Below, piece by piece: positions 51,384 to 64,000 of a stretch of 64,000 bases of DNA. Below the pieces are notes generated by a model. The model saw only the letters and a program-made list of their open reading frames with translations, was not told the DNA's origin and searched no databases. The DNA lies in NCBI RefSeq assembly GCF_009834535.1, contig NC_045697.1:69256001-69320000 (forward strand), read 5' to 3'. This DNA is from Camelus ferus (taxonomy: Eukaryota). How positions within the stretch are numbered: position 1 is the stretch's first letter; every line of letters starts with the position of its first letter. Made by a program: the position numbers and the translations under genes.

Positions 51384-51692
51384 TTTTAATTGAAGTATAG
51401 TTGATTTACAATGTTGTTAGTTTCAGGTGTATAGTGAAGTGATTCTTCAGTTATACACTTCTATAAATATATTTTTCAGATTCTTTCCCATTACAGGTTA
51501 TCACAAGATATTGAATATAGTTCCCTGTGCTATAGGTCCTTGTTGTTTATGTGTTTTATACAGTAATGTGTATACGTTAACCCCATACTCCTAATTTCTC
51601 CCTCCCCCGACCTTTCCCTTTGGTAACCATGGTTTGTTTTCTATGTGAGTCTATTTCTGGTTTATAAATAAGTTCATTTGTATCTTTTTTCC
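51384..51692 (-). mobile_element. 5'-truncated L1 3'UTR with probable TSD
   Basis: ttttaattgaagtatagttgatttacaatgttg...cctttggtaaccat...; collinear with about 21820-22140; flanked by ccagagactc at 51360-51369 and 51695-51704. Confidence 0.9.
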
Positions 51693-52699
51693 CCCCAGAG
51701 ACTCCCACATTAATAGCAGTTTTAACTATAATCTGTGATAAAAAATAAAGCAAAACAAAAGCAACCACTCTTCTATAGTAGAAAGGCTAAGTAAGGTCCC
51801 CTGTAGCATCTTATTTGTACCCCTAATTTGCCTTATTTATAGAGCATAGACAAATCCTGACTGCAAATTTCAGCCCTCTGCAGGGTGAGAAGAAAAAAGC
51901 ATGACTGTGAAAAGCCACAACACAGCATCTGCACCAGGGAAGCTCACGCAGAGGGAGGGGGGTTTGAGGCAGCCCTGACATGAAGCCGACCTGCCCCTCG
52001 AGTCCTCACCTTTGCCCATGGCCATGCTTCTTCATCCTGCCTGCCTATCCTTTCTTCCTCTCTACTCTTTCCACCCCACCTCCCTTAAGTCCACAGCCTA
52101 CCTCCCACAGAACTGAGCGACACTGGCTCGTGTGCAATGAGTGCCCGGGCAATGCCTAGCAGCAGGTACCCTGATGAGGACCATAGCCAGATTCCTCTAC
52201 AGGACAGACCCCATGTCATCCAGGTTTCTGCTGCTCACTCAGTGCCCACCTGTCCCTTTTGCTCATTCTGACAAGTTTCAGCAGGCTGGATCACCTGACT
52301 TCTGAACCAGAGGCTTATTACAGAGCAGCAAATTAGAAGGAAAAAATGAGGCTGGCTGTGAGCTATACGGACAGTCAAGGAGACATCACATCCTGAAGGG
52401 TGGAGCAAAGAATGAAGCGGATCCAGAAGCCTGCAGCCACTCACAGAAGGAAGGACACACAGGGGATGCAGAGGTGCCTGAGAGGGGTCCCAGGGCTGCC
52501 AGGGGACACGGAGTTACTACAGGAAGCTGACGCTCCAGGGAGCACCGAGCATCATCACAGATAAGAAGGCTTCCCACGTAGCGGACCGGCTATTTTTCAA
52601 ATGTATATTAGTAGAGTTAATAAAGCTCTTAACTAAAAGCACTGCTACTCTTACAGCATTTCTATTGTACAGTTTTTCAATCAGATAAGTAAAAAATAT

Positions 52700-52970
52700 A
52701 TGTACCTTCTATAATGATGGATACATGTCATTATATGTAGTCCAAACCCACAGAATGTACAGCACCAAGAGTGAACCCCAAGGTTAACCATGGACTTTGG
52801 GTGATATGTCATCCTTGGTGAAAAATGTACTGCTCTGGTGAGTCACGCTGACAATGGAGGTGGTTATCAAAAGGTGTGTGAGGAGCAACGGACATGTGGG
52901 AAATCTCTGCCCCATCTTCTCAATTTTATCAACAGAAAACTGCCCATAAAAAAATCAAGTATTTTAAAAC
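52700..52970 (+). mobile_element. L1MC-like 3' terminus
   Basis: tataatgatggatacatgtcattata...ccaaacccacagaatgtacagcaccaagagtgaaccc...atggactttgggtgat. Confidence 0.85.
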
Positions 52971-55900
52971 AACATTAAACAAAAAATAAAAACAAAGTAA
53001 TCTGTCATGATGTGTGAGGTTTGAGAAATTTGACACTGAAGAAAAGAGTCCTTAGGTGTGAAAAGATGGGCATATTCAAAGATGAGCCTTGAAGTCAGGC
53101 TAATCTGGATTCAAATCATGGCTGCTTCTCTCAGTTGAGCATCTGTAAAATGGGCATGAAACCATCTACCTCAAAGGGTTTTGTGAAAGAAAGAGCCCAG
53201 GGCAGTGACTATGTTCCTTGGGGAATTCGTTTACTCATGCGGTCAATAAACAAGTGCCAGTAAGTCTCACTGGGCATTGTGAACAACATGGAAAACCTCT
53301 AAAATGTCCACTGTCAAAGATGAGACAGTCCAATGGGGGAGAAAGACCAGAAAAGGCATTAGAAATACAGTGAGCTGAATGCCAAGAACCCTAAGCACAG
53401 GAGTGGTGCATGAGCGGTACATCTGACCAGGGCACAGGCAAGAGAGAACAGGGCCCCCAGTGCAGCACAGTGAAGATTAAAGGAGTTCTCATCCGTCAGT
53501 TAATTGTATCAGCAAATATTTAAAAGCTCTTGTGCCTGCACTATTCCAGGCGCAGAGGTCACAGCAGAGAGCCGTCTAAGACCCCTGCCCTTGTGAGGCT
53601 TTCCTGTGGGAAAAGAAATGTGGAATAAACAAATGTTTAAGTTAAAAAAATAATAATAATCTGTCAGATGGTTGCAAAGTGTAGTGTAGTGAAGTCAGGG
53701 AGAGGGAGAGCCCAGAAGAGGGCGCAACCTTGGCACGGGGATGGGCCCAAGGGAACTGGGGAGCCGAGCAGGGCCGGCTCCGGGGGCGGGAGAAGCAAGC
53801 AGGAAGGCTCCCAGGTGGAAGCCCTGCCCGCGGGCTCATCTCAGACCTTATTTCGCTCCTTCAAAGAGGGTTTCATTCAAAGTGACGAAAAGTCAAATGT
53901 TGATGTTTAACAGGGCCAAACCCTCTGCTCTGCAGAAAGCGAGCGGTCCGAAATAGTGCAGTGGTAGCATAAGCAAGAGTTTTATTGTAACTGCCTCTTT
54001 TGACTGCTTTTCTTCCTTTTTCTCTTTAGCCACTAAAATGAACATGGAGATGAAAAGAAGTTGTTCATATACTTCCCTCACGGAGCGCCTCTTCCCCATT
54101 CACCTGGAACGTGTTTACCTGGTGTGACAATAAACAGTCCAGACTGTCTAACTCCTGAGAAAGAGCCATGCCACAATCACAGTGATTTGTTTAAAGAATC
54201 TTGCCCACTGCATAATTAGCCCATAGGTCACCATCTGTCTCTAAGTCCTCATAAAACTAACCATATGTTGTTTTCATCAACGGCTGAACTACAGTAACAT
54301 ACACTCCTCCCCCCCAAAAATGCTACAAACCCATTTTTCCTCTGGTGCAGGGGCTGTTGGAGGGAGGGCAGACACCTACTTCTCCTTAACCACATTTTTT
54401 TAATTAAAAATTGTTATTTTGTTCTGTTTACGCTTGTCTCTGGCTACCAACCCAAACAATCCTAACAATTTCTAGACATTTCTGTAAAGGCTCTTCCAAG
54501 AGACCCTGGGTGAGCACGCTCAGAGCCCCAGAATTTTAGTTCTCTCGGATGGTCTAACCTGACGACGTGAAGGCAAGCACACTCAAGCACACTGTCTTAC
54601 ACGCGGTTCTGCCTATCTCGTCTATGGCATTTCAGTACTCGAGGTCATCAAACAGCAACTTTACAATCAGAGTAACTCCACTCTCAAGTAGGTAACAACT
54701 GCAAATGATTTTAAATCACCATTTGGAACTATACAAAAACTGTCATCCAATGCTATTTTTTTTTTGATTTATGAGAAAATTCTCAAATTGTTGAGCACTG
54801 TTCTCTTCACATCACCCACCAATGACTAAACAATCTTAATAAGAAGCAGCCGTACAAAATGTTCTGGATTTAGTTTGGTTTCATTTATTTTTTTAAGCAA
54901 AATATGAATAAAATTTATCCCCCAAATGTGCCTATGATTTAAAATTACATGACAGAGAACACTAACGCATTTCGGTAATTGAAAAACATCAGAATCTCAT
55001 GGTAGAAATGGGTCATTAACACCACGGGTGAGACCCAGAGAAACCAGTTCTTCATCAACCAACTTCCCTTAAGGCATTAGAAAATTCATCTGACCCATGG
55101 TCCCCAGAGTCAAGCAGAAATTACATTCACAAAGCTGGCCACAATTTCATCATTTAAAAGAAGGCTAGAAGTCAGGCTAATGGTTCCATTTGGCCTGGGG
55201 AAGTATTTGCTGAACAGAACTGAATAGTGCAAAGAAAGGAAATTTTAACTTTGTAGATCTCTTGACTCATTAATCCTTAAATTGACCCCTGTCACCAAAA
55301 CAATCAACCTCTCAAACCTTTACAGGTTTTAGCACATCGTGTTTCACTGCCTTCCTGAAGTTGAGTTGCAGTTCTTTTATTTTGTCTAAACTTACCAACT
55401 GCTAATGACACGTAGGGTTCCTCCTGAGAGATGAGAGATTTTGTTAAAGGCTCTTCTCCTGTCTGCGTCAAGGTTATTTACCTTCCTCGCATGCGTGTAG
55501 CCTAAGACTAATTCTTAGGAGATTGTTAACAGTTACCCTCCTCAGAGATCTTGAACATTCTCCCAGAGACCTCTAGGACTAGGTCTTTTAATGAATCCGA
55601 TTCCCAGTCCATCGGGGCCCCGTTAATGGTTAGCAGAGCTGCAGTGGTTCACCAAGTGCCTACCAACATTTCTCCCCTGCTGCCCACCACGATGTCCCAG
55701 CGAGTCGCAAGTAAAAGGTCAGAGAGACAGAGGGGGCTTCCAGTCCTGGCCTGGCCTCACACCTTGCTTTCAGCCCTGGTTTCATCTTTTTCTAAAACAA
55801 GAACACCACCTCCCAGCCAGGGTAGCTATAAATACAATGTGAAAGCAGGAAGGGTGCTTAGCAAGGGGCCTGAGCCCCACAACAGACACACAATAAATGA

Positions 55901-58900
55901 TAATATTACTGAAGACGTTAGAGATTGTTCAGCCCAAAGAAGGCTCCTCTTTGTAATCGAGTGAAAATGGTCTTTGCCCACTTTCCAATACATTAAAATC
56001 CATCTAAATTTTAAAAGGGGGGAGGCTACCATTAAGATTAAAAGCACAGAACATGATGCAGGAGCTGAGAGCACAGGAGACACTGGAACACAGAGTGCCG
56101 AATGGAGATGGACAAGTCGGGGCTCGCTAAAGCCACAGAAGCTCTCAGCCCACAACTCCCCTCTGCAGGGAATATCTAGTGGTACAGAGGAAAATTCACT
56201 AGGTACCGGCAGATGAAAAAGTAAAGCACAAACTAAACGTGAAAAAGGTGTGGATACACAGACACAAATTTTTGGAAAACACAAAAAATATGGAAATTGT
56301 TAAAATTATATAAAAATCAGCAGGGACAAGCATTATGCACACACACTGTTTCATATTCATATACAGGTTTTCTAAGTTTGGGGGAATGACTGGAACACAC
56401 AGTGTACCTGTAATGGGATGGGGCAGGGGGAAGGGGATGAGTTTGTTTTTAAAGAAGAAAGAGCCCATACTCCCCCTTTCCCAATGAGACACAGAAATGC
56501 TCATCTTTCAGACTGAAACTCTCCAACACACAAATGTCTGTGAGCCCCTAGGGAACACTGTTCCCCAGCTCCTTCTGTTTAATTTCTTCTCTTCCTACTT
56601 AAGACAAGGATCTGTGATTACTTACTGAGCGATTTTGCCAGTCAGAGCCATTGAGGTTTATCTGAGTTTCTTCAGATAGAAAGGGAGGGTCAGGGATAAT
56701 ATTCCAACTCTTCCACATGTCCTAACTAATGAAAAAAATTTCCTGAGAGTTAAAAAAAAATTTTTTTTCCTAAATGATCAGCACCTTAACACAATATTCT
56801 GTGAACTTTTTCTCTTTCATTCGAAACAACACCCTGAACATTTTATCCAGATGAATGGGAACAATGCATCCGCATTCATCTGCCTTGAAAGAAAAAAAAG
56901 GAGAAAGGTTATTTTATTTCTGAAGGCCTAGTATATTTCTTCATAACAGAGATTCACATTATTTACAAAAGAACCTTTTTTAAAAAACCAAACAGTATTA
57001 ATTTTTTTCTTTTCATCTAAGTTCATGTGCACATATCTTCTTTCCCAATGATATTAAAACTTCAAAATGTTCAATTAACTCAAAATCAACCTGTAATGCT
57101 ACAAAAGTTATGTAAAGTTGTATTGCCAAGTTAATATCCACAAAATTTGTCTTTTTTTAGAAAAGGAAAATAACAGTTGTACATCAATCAAATTAGATTT
57201 TCTGAAGGCACTGATTATCTTTGATTTTCATGACACTTTGATCCAAAAAGTGTCATGACTGATGATTTTTTTCTAGCATAAACTTAGCTATTCCTTTTTA
57301 ATAAGTCTTCTATCCAGGTATTCAATCATTTTATATTCTGTTTGTACCAAAACCTAACACTCAATTTAAAAAAAATTCATCTGTCTTTTTCATGTTTCTG
57401 GTAACACAGAAGAGAAAATCAGTGTCAACCCCGCTTATCAACCACAATGCTCACTCACTATAGTTAAGTGTTTCCAAGTACCTGGATCGCCTCATCCAAA
57501 AGGTACCCATGTACTGAATGTAAAATGTTTACTGCCCTTAAATTTTCCAAGAGACTTGCCAACCAGAATCCTTAATCTTCTCCCCCCTGAAACCGCAAGT
57601 CCCCTCATCATGTGGTTTCTCCCAGCTCCAAGGTCTCTGCGGTATAAACTACACATCTATCCCTAGCAGCATTGCTCCAAAACTGACCTCCAACGCCCTG
57701 CGTGATCGCCACCTACCTTTACGCAAGTGATGTGATTTGCCAAAAATCTCAACCTGTGTTATGGCCTCTGGGTCTGTTTATTTGGGATCTGTGATATACC
57801 CACTCAAAATGCCCTTTATCACATCTGACAAGAGTATGAGGATGACAGACAGTGGAAATGAGAAAGCACTCAGGAGAACGGGAACACCCACGAGAGAGGA
57901 GCTGTGTCACCTGGCCTTTAGGAACCTGTTTCAACTCAAATCCAGTCCTACTAACTATTCACTGCTGTGTCAACCTGGAGTGACTGCCACTTCAGGAATC
58001 TGTTCCCACAGCTGGAAATGGAGCTACTACTCATGGTGCTAATTCTTAGTGTTTATGATGATTTAGAAAAAGATCATCAAAGGAGGTAACTAGGTGAAGC
58101 CCTCAGTACAACGCCTGGCCCATGGTCAACAATAAACACTAGCTTTTTCAGAGGCCCGTTTACCACCTCGGGAACTAAGAATGCCCTGAGATTCAAGATC
58201 ACACACTGTAGCTTTTGTGGATGTATTGCATCAGATCACAAGATTCAACACACATCCTGGGTTTTGGCACTTATTAGTTCTGGAGAGTTCATTAGAAAAT
58301 GATATTTATTTTAGGAAAAGAAATGCAAACAGCTATGCAGAGTTAATCAATTATGCAAAGGTGTGTGGTCAGGAGGCAGTCCCTAGTCTCACTGAGCCTC
58401 CCCTCGAGACATGAACTTGGAACATGAGCTGAGAATCCCACCCCCTTCATCCCTGCGGAGCAACCCCACCTGCAAAGGAAGTTTATCCACAGTCCCCCCA
58501 AATGCTTACACTTGAGGAGAAAATAATCCTGAAATTATATTCAGTTTCTCTCCTCAAAAATGAATTCCCCTCTTAGCTCTTTCCCAAATAATAACCCCTA
58601 GACTTTTCCCCTTCTTTCTACTGGTATTTATTAGCATTTATTATAAGCCAAACCCTGTGCTGGGCTTTGGGGATAGGATACAAACAAAAGAGCCACAGTC
58701 CCTTCCCTTGTTTGAAAGCTGAGAAGAATTTCCCCTTTATTTAGAAAATCCGTACCCAATGGATTTGAGTTTTTAAAAATTCACTTCAGAGTAATGTGAA
58801 GTTACGTGGACAAGACAGGACTGCTGAGGCACAGGATGAGACAAGCACTGACAAAAGGGTCCTGCAGGCACACTGCATCCACAGGAGCAAACAGAACTAC

Positions 58901-61587
58901 ACCTCCACCCGCACCCGGACACTCATCCCAAGTCCTCCCTTTGAGCAAGGGAGCCCTTCCCTCTGTCATGGACCCATCAGACTACGGAAGAAACAGCAAA
59001 TTGTTTCTGTACCAGTTTCTCAGGTGGATAGTGGCACCTCCTTCCTTCCAGATCTGGTGTAAGATCTCACCTCCTCCAATCATCTCAGGAATCCTTTCCT
59101 CTAACCCGAATATAGCACATCCTTAAGGCTCACCTCCCCCGACACACCCACAAGCTGAAAGCTACTAGAGGATGAGGATGGTCTGTTTTCCATCTGTGTA
59201 TGCCCCACATCATACCACACTGTCCTCGGTGTATCCCTGATACAGTTATGAATGTCCAGAAAACAAGGAGATGTGCTGGGCCGGGGAGGGGGGCGGCTTT
59301 TCTCCCCCATAAAGCTGCCGAAGCAGAACAGCTGCTTCCCTAGGTCCCTAGAAAGGGCACTATCAACTGTCACATAACATCGCAGTGGTACGGCATTCTC
59401 CAGGGGGCCAAAGCTGGTTCTGGTCCCTCCACACTCCTGGCTTCATCTTGGCATTCTCCAGCATCTTCATGCAAGTTCCTCTTCCTGTGTCACACCCACC
59501 ATAAACTCAATCGGAGGAAGAAGATAAATTCTCAAACCTCCGCAAACCTACCCCAGTGCAGCATTTCACACCTGAACCAGGAGCGAGTGAAACCTCTAGA
59601 CCCTGAACCAACAGCAGCCCGAGGAGGAGTTAGTACCAACCCCTGAAACTGCGCAAAAAAGGGTTCGTGGTTCTGTCTGAAAAAAAGACAGAGAGGGAGA
59701 GAGGCATTGAGAGAGAAGGTTGAGTAAATGAATGCTTAACCAAAGGCCAGAGCTCCATTTTCTGTTAAATTTGATTATTTTTTAACTACTTCTTTGAAAT
59801 AACATTGTTATTAGTTTTCCCACTAAAATTGTAAGATAACAAGGAGGACAAGAAAATTGCGTTACAAGAATGTATTTCAACATTAAGGCTTTCACACACA
59901 GCTATCACTCCCCATTACCAATCCTGCTTTTCAAGAGTTCTTCTAATCCTAGCTATTTTATGCAGCATCAGGACAACATTCAGGCTTATCTACAGAAAGC
60001 AAAAGTTCCCATGGTTATGTTTATTCAAGTCAGACCTTCATAAACAATGTGAAAGACAGACATAAAAGGAAAATAAAAAGGAAAATAATTTGGATGTGAC
60101 CATTATGTGAAATTTTATGTGAGAATTTATGTAAAATTGTTCATACTTTTGTATTTAGAGGCCAGGTAAACATTTTTTTTAAAAAAGAAAAACCTATAAA
60201 TCCTAAAGGATGTTTAAATCATCCTTTAAAAGAATTTGTATGTCTATGTGATGCCTGGCTAGGATATCTGCTTTGTGACATTTTAACAGTACGCAACAGC
60301 ATTTTTTCTATTCGTGATTCCCTCCAGGTTTTTCTCAAGGAGGGAAAAAAAAAAATTACCTCTTTGCCCAGAGAAAATAGAAACACTGGTTGAAACAAAT
60401 TTCCATTACCCTTTGTAAGAAAAATAAGCTCTTGCCCACCACAGTTGCAAACATACACGTTGGGATGTAGGCTTTACACACAGAGGTCTCTGAGAAATAT
60501 TACAGGTAGTGACCACCCACTAGGACCGGGCTCACGCAGATGGGGGCTGAGGATGCTGGCTCTGTAGACAAGTCCATCTGACCCAGAAAACGGCCCATGG
60601 AAACACCACCTGGCCCAGACTGCTCAGGTCCAGTGAGGCCGAGCTGTCTCGCTGACCTCCCTGACGCTGATGGCAACGGTGGAAAGATTTTGAGGGTAAA
60701 ATCACCCTGGGCTCAGACTTTCCAGGGCAGGCCAGAAGCCCCATCTGTACCTGCTCCAGCCTTCCTGCGCAGAGCAGCGGCGGACAGCACGACCACCAAC
60801 CTGGACAAGGCCGCCCAGAGCAAAGTCGAGGAGACAAAGAGAGCAGACCCATGAACACCAAGACGACGGCCAAAAAGGCCAAGATGAACAACACTGGACG
60901 ACAAACAATGAAAAGCAAACTAAAAATCATGTCCAATTCATCTATGAACAAATGATTTGATTTCAAAGCCAAACCACAGAATTTTTACTAATTTAATATG
61001 GAAGCCTATTTTTCAATTCAAAAAGGAGAAAACTGCCTGCCACTTGAGAGAATTTACAATGTCAGCCAAGTATATGGAAAGAACTTCCTCCCTGCTGCCT
61101 GGGGCAGAAGCCGAGAAGAAGGACAAAGCTCACCTAATCTGGTTCCTAAAGTTTTTTCCCAACTGCAATTATTTCTGTGGAAAACAAGGAATTCCAGTTC
61201 TATCTCCACTTTCTCCCCTCTACTGCCTCCTTCTCTTCTCAGATCCCTTTCATTTGGGTCAAAGTTAATGACTTCAATCTGGAAGCACAGGCTGACCATC
61301 AAACACTCCAGAGCCAATAAAAGGGGCAAGAAAAATGAACCAGAACAATCTGTTGGCCCTGAGAGGCCCACCACGCTCTGATATAAAACCAAGTACTTGT
61401 TCGGGGGAACTCCTCCTGGTTTTCTAAGATTTGTGTAGATGAAATAATGACCAAAAAGATATTTTCATAACAAAAATAACAAAACCATGTAAATTGCGGA
61501 GATGAGAAAGCCTTTGATAACACGGCAAAGGCCGGAGGCTCAGCTGGAACAGCATTCTTGCTGATGCATCTCGGAACTCCGTCATTT

Positions 61588-61631
61588 CCGACACGTTTTA
61601 CCCGTATTCCCGACACGTTTTACCCGTATTC
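61588..61631. repeat. Perfect 22-bp tandem duplication
   Basis: ccgacacgttttacccgtattc at 61588-61609 and again at 61610-61631. Confidence 0.96.
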
Positions 61632-63114
61632 CCCAGCTGGTGATCCCTAGTAGATGTGAACATGTATAATTAGAGTCAGGAAAGCTAAAGATCACCCTCT
61701 GGAATTTCTATGCCTCAGCACTTTCTAAACTCCCGTCTTCTAGACAACTCGGTTCTTTTCTCCTTGTTCTTTTATCTCCATCTTACTGCTAATCCCTCTG
61801 TAGGGTATTAATTACTCAGTCCCAATTACATTACTCCACAAACAAGGACAACACAATAAAGTCCAAAATGGATTAACTTTTGTATTTATTGAATTAACTT
61901 CATAGACTGTAACTGCATCATTAGTGCATATTTTGCTGCACATTAAAAAGAAAAATATAATTCTTTCCCTTTGCCTTCAGCTCCACTGACTTTCTGAATC
62001 TTTTTTAAAACACTGAAAATATTTCAAAGTAACCTGCGCAGCCAGTAAACTTGCCTATAAATGTGATTTCTGCCTAAGAGACCTGCCACATGAAACCAAA
62101 TTACACTATTTTTCACAAAACTGACTAGAAGCTGAGGTCCCTCAGGGGCCCAATAGGGAAAAACTCAACTGCTGACCAGGATGACTCAGATGCCTTGAGT
62201 GATTACCACTAAAATCTGGTTCAAATTGTGATGCTATCTAGGATCAAATTCACGCAAACCTGCAAGGAAAATAAATGCACCCTACACATGCACTAACAAA
62301 GAAAATAAGATGGAAAAGTATGAAGAGACTTGCTTGCAACTCTGACAGGAAATGCAGGAAGGCAACCACCATATGCTGACCTGCCACACACAGATCTGAA
62401 CAGAAGCCTCACTGACAAGAATCTCGCCATGATCAACACTAAATCACAACTTAAAATCACAAGTCTTAATGGCAAAACAATTTTTCCAGGAGTTCCTCAA
62501 GCTCCTTGTAAAATGAAGTCCAAAATATCTTTCCATTGGCTTGTTTTCCACATCAATAAAGTTTAAATATGAATTCACACTACATTTATCGGTGCCTCCC
62601 CAGCACTAATCCCACTATATTGTAATCATGCATCCCCTGCAAACTCTCTGAAGGCAGGGATTATGTTGGCTTTACTGTATCAAAGCACAGTCCCTAGAAT
62701 GAAGAGAAGTGTGCATGGTAGCCAAAGAGGCCAAATTACTGCCGTTAATTATGAAGTCCCTACGTGAGACGAAAGCAAAACACACTTCTTGGTACCGTAC
62801 AAAAAGAGGGGCAGACCTACTAACACCTAGAACACGGAATATTGTATTTATCCAGAACTCACGGGCTCCTCCTCCCACCATGCCCCCCGCAACCCTAACC
62901 CAAATTCAGCTCAAATGAAATAACGTAATTAAGGCAAAGTGAGTTGGAAGTCAAAGCTATGGATGTGATTCCTTTAACTTCTACTTCCTTTTACCAGTTT
63001 GGTCCTTGATTCTCACTTTTACTCTTGACACTCAATACAATTTTCCTTCAGATTGTTTCCCCTTTAGGGACCACAGAGATCCCATTTTAATGAGTAAAAG
63101 GAGGAAAAAAGTTA

Positions 63115-63375
63115 GCCGCATGGTCCTGACAAGGCAAGGTGGGCTTGGACAGCAGAGAGCCCCAGATTTAAGGTCTGCTCCACCACGCTGCCATAGGGCC
63201 TGTCCATGTTGGTGTCCTCACAGCATCAGTGTCCTCATCAGCGATATGGGAATAGGCAACCAGACCACCATCACGGGGTTGTTGAGAGAAATAAGTGAGA
63301 GGATACATATAAAGTGCCTATAGGGGCCCAGGTCTTGGCAGGTGTTATAGTAAAGTGCATGGAATATCACTATTA
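63115..63375 (+). mobile_element. MIR SINE
   Basis: catcagtgtcctcatcagcgatatgggaata...tcacggggttgttgagagaaataagtgagaggatacatataaagtgcct. Confidence 0.7.
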
Positions 63376-64000
63376 TGCACTGCTTCCCCACGCCCTTTCC
63401 CACCCACTGCACAGTCACAGGTCTTTGTGGTATTTACACACAGGCAGACTCAGGGACGCTACCGTTCCTGGCCACAGCTCCCTCCCCGCCCCCACCTTCC
63501 CCTCTCAAACAACCTCCTGAGCCAAAGGCTGTGGAACCCCGTATACCCTCTGGCACCTGAACTTGTTTTGAGGAAAATGAGAAGTGAGACCTTCTAAAGA
63601 CCTTCTGAATTATTTTTCGTATAATAAGGATGTTTGAACTACTACCATCTTACAAAAAGTTAATCAATCCTTCACATTAAATGTAAGCAGTCAAAATGCT
63701 CATCTCTTTTTTTAAAGTTTTCCAGTTACTGAACAGGCGTATGTCTAAGTATTTCTGAAGCCAGAGATGATGTATAACACTCAGACCTGCCTCCCAAGCA
63801 TCTGCACGGTATGTGGTCCTTAATACAAGCTCAGTAACTGCTGAATGCACAAATAAGCAGCGGGTAAGAAAACATTTATCAACAAGGAACAGACACAGCA
63901 GAAAGTACACACGGTTTTCCCTTTTACCTGCAGACTTTCCAGTTCAAAGTCAGTGACCAATGTCCAGAATCCTGTGTCCTAGCGAAAAAAACGATTTCCT

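Larger units (their letters stand above)
2669..64000 (-). other. TSPAN5: 3' portion of TSPAN5 intron 1 (>61 kb; exon 1 lies beyond the window end)
   Basis: Acceptor AG at 2669-2670 with a polypyrimidine tract to about 2710. I saw no sequence encoding the exon-1 peptide (MSGKHYKGPEVSCCIKYFIFGFNVIFW). The region is repeat-rich and non-coding. Confidence 0.85.

Noticed and set aside
1..64000. CRISPR arrays, operons, defence systems or another novel multi-gene system
   Set aside because: This is eukaryotic intronic DNA. I saw no repeat-spacer arrays, no long ORFs (maximum 201 aa) and no gene clusters.

Overview
This is mammalian genomic DNA, not prokaryotic. It is most likely camelid, inferred from four tRNA-Ala-derived Vic-1-type SINEs and no recognisable Alu, B1/B2, Bov-A/B, PRE-1 or Can-SINE. 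The only coding sequence I can support is one 51-bp minus-strand exon (2618-2668, FLGIAFLGIGLWAWNEK), which matches exon 2 of tetraspanin TSPAN5; the ORF track misses it. By inference, 2669-64000 is the 3' part of the very large intron 1 and 1-2617 is the start of intron 2. The rest is ordinary intronic DNA: MIR, L2, L1 3' ends, MLT1 LTRs, DNA-transposon relics, microsatellites and a few CpG- or motif-rich candidate enhancers. I found no evidence of a new multi-gene system. The most unusual observation is a perfect 30-bp inverted copy of a local L1 segment inside an unrelated LTR 1.7 kb away, probably a templated repair insertion. Repeat family names come from recalled consensus sequences, and repeat boundaries are approximate unless stated as exact.
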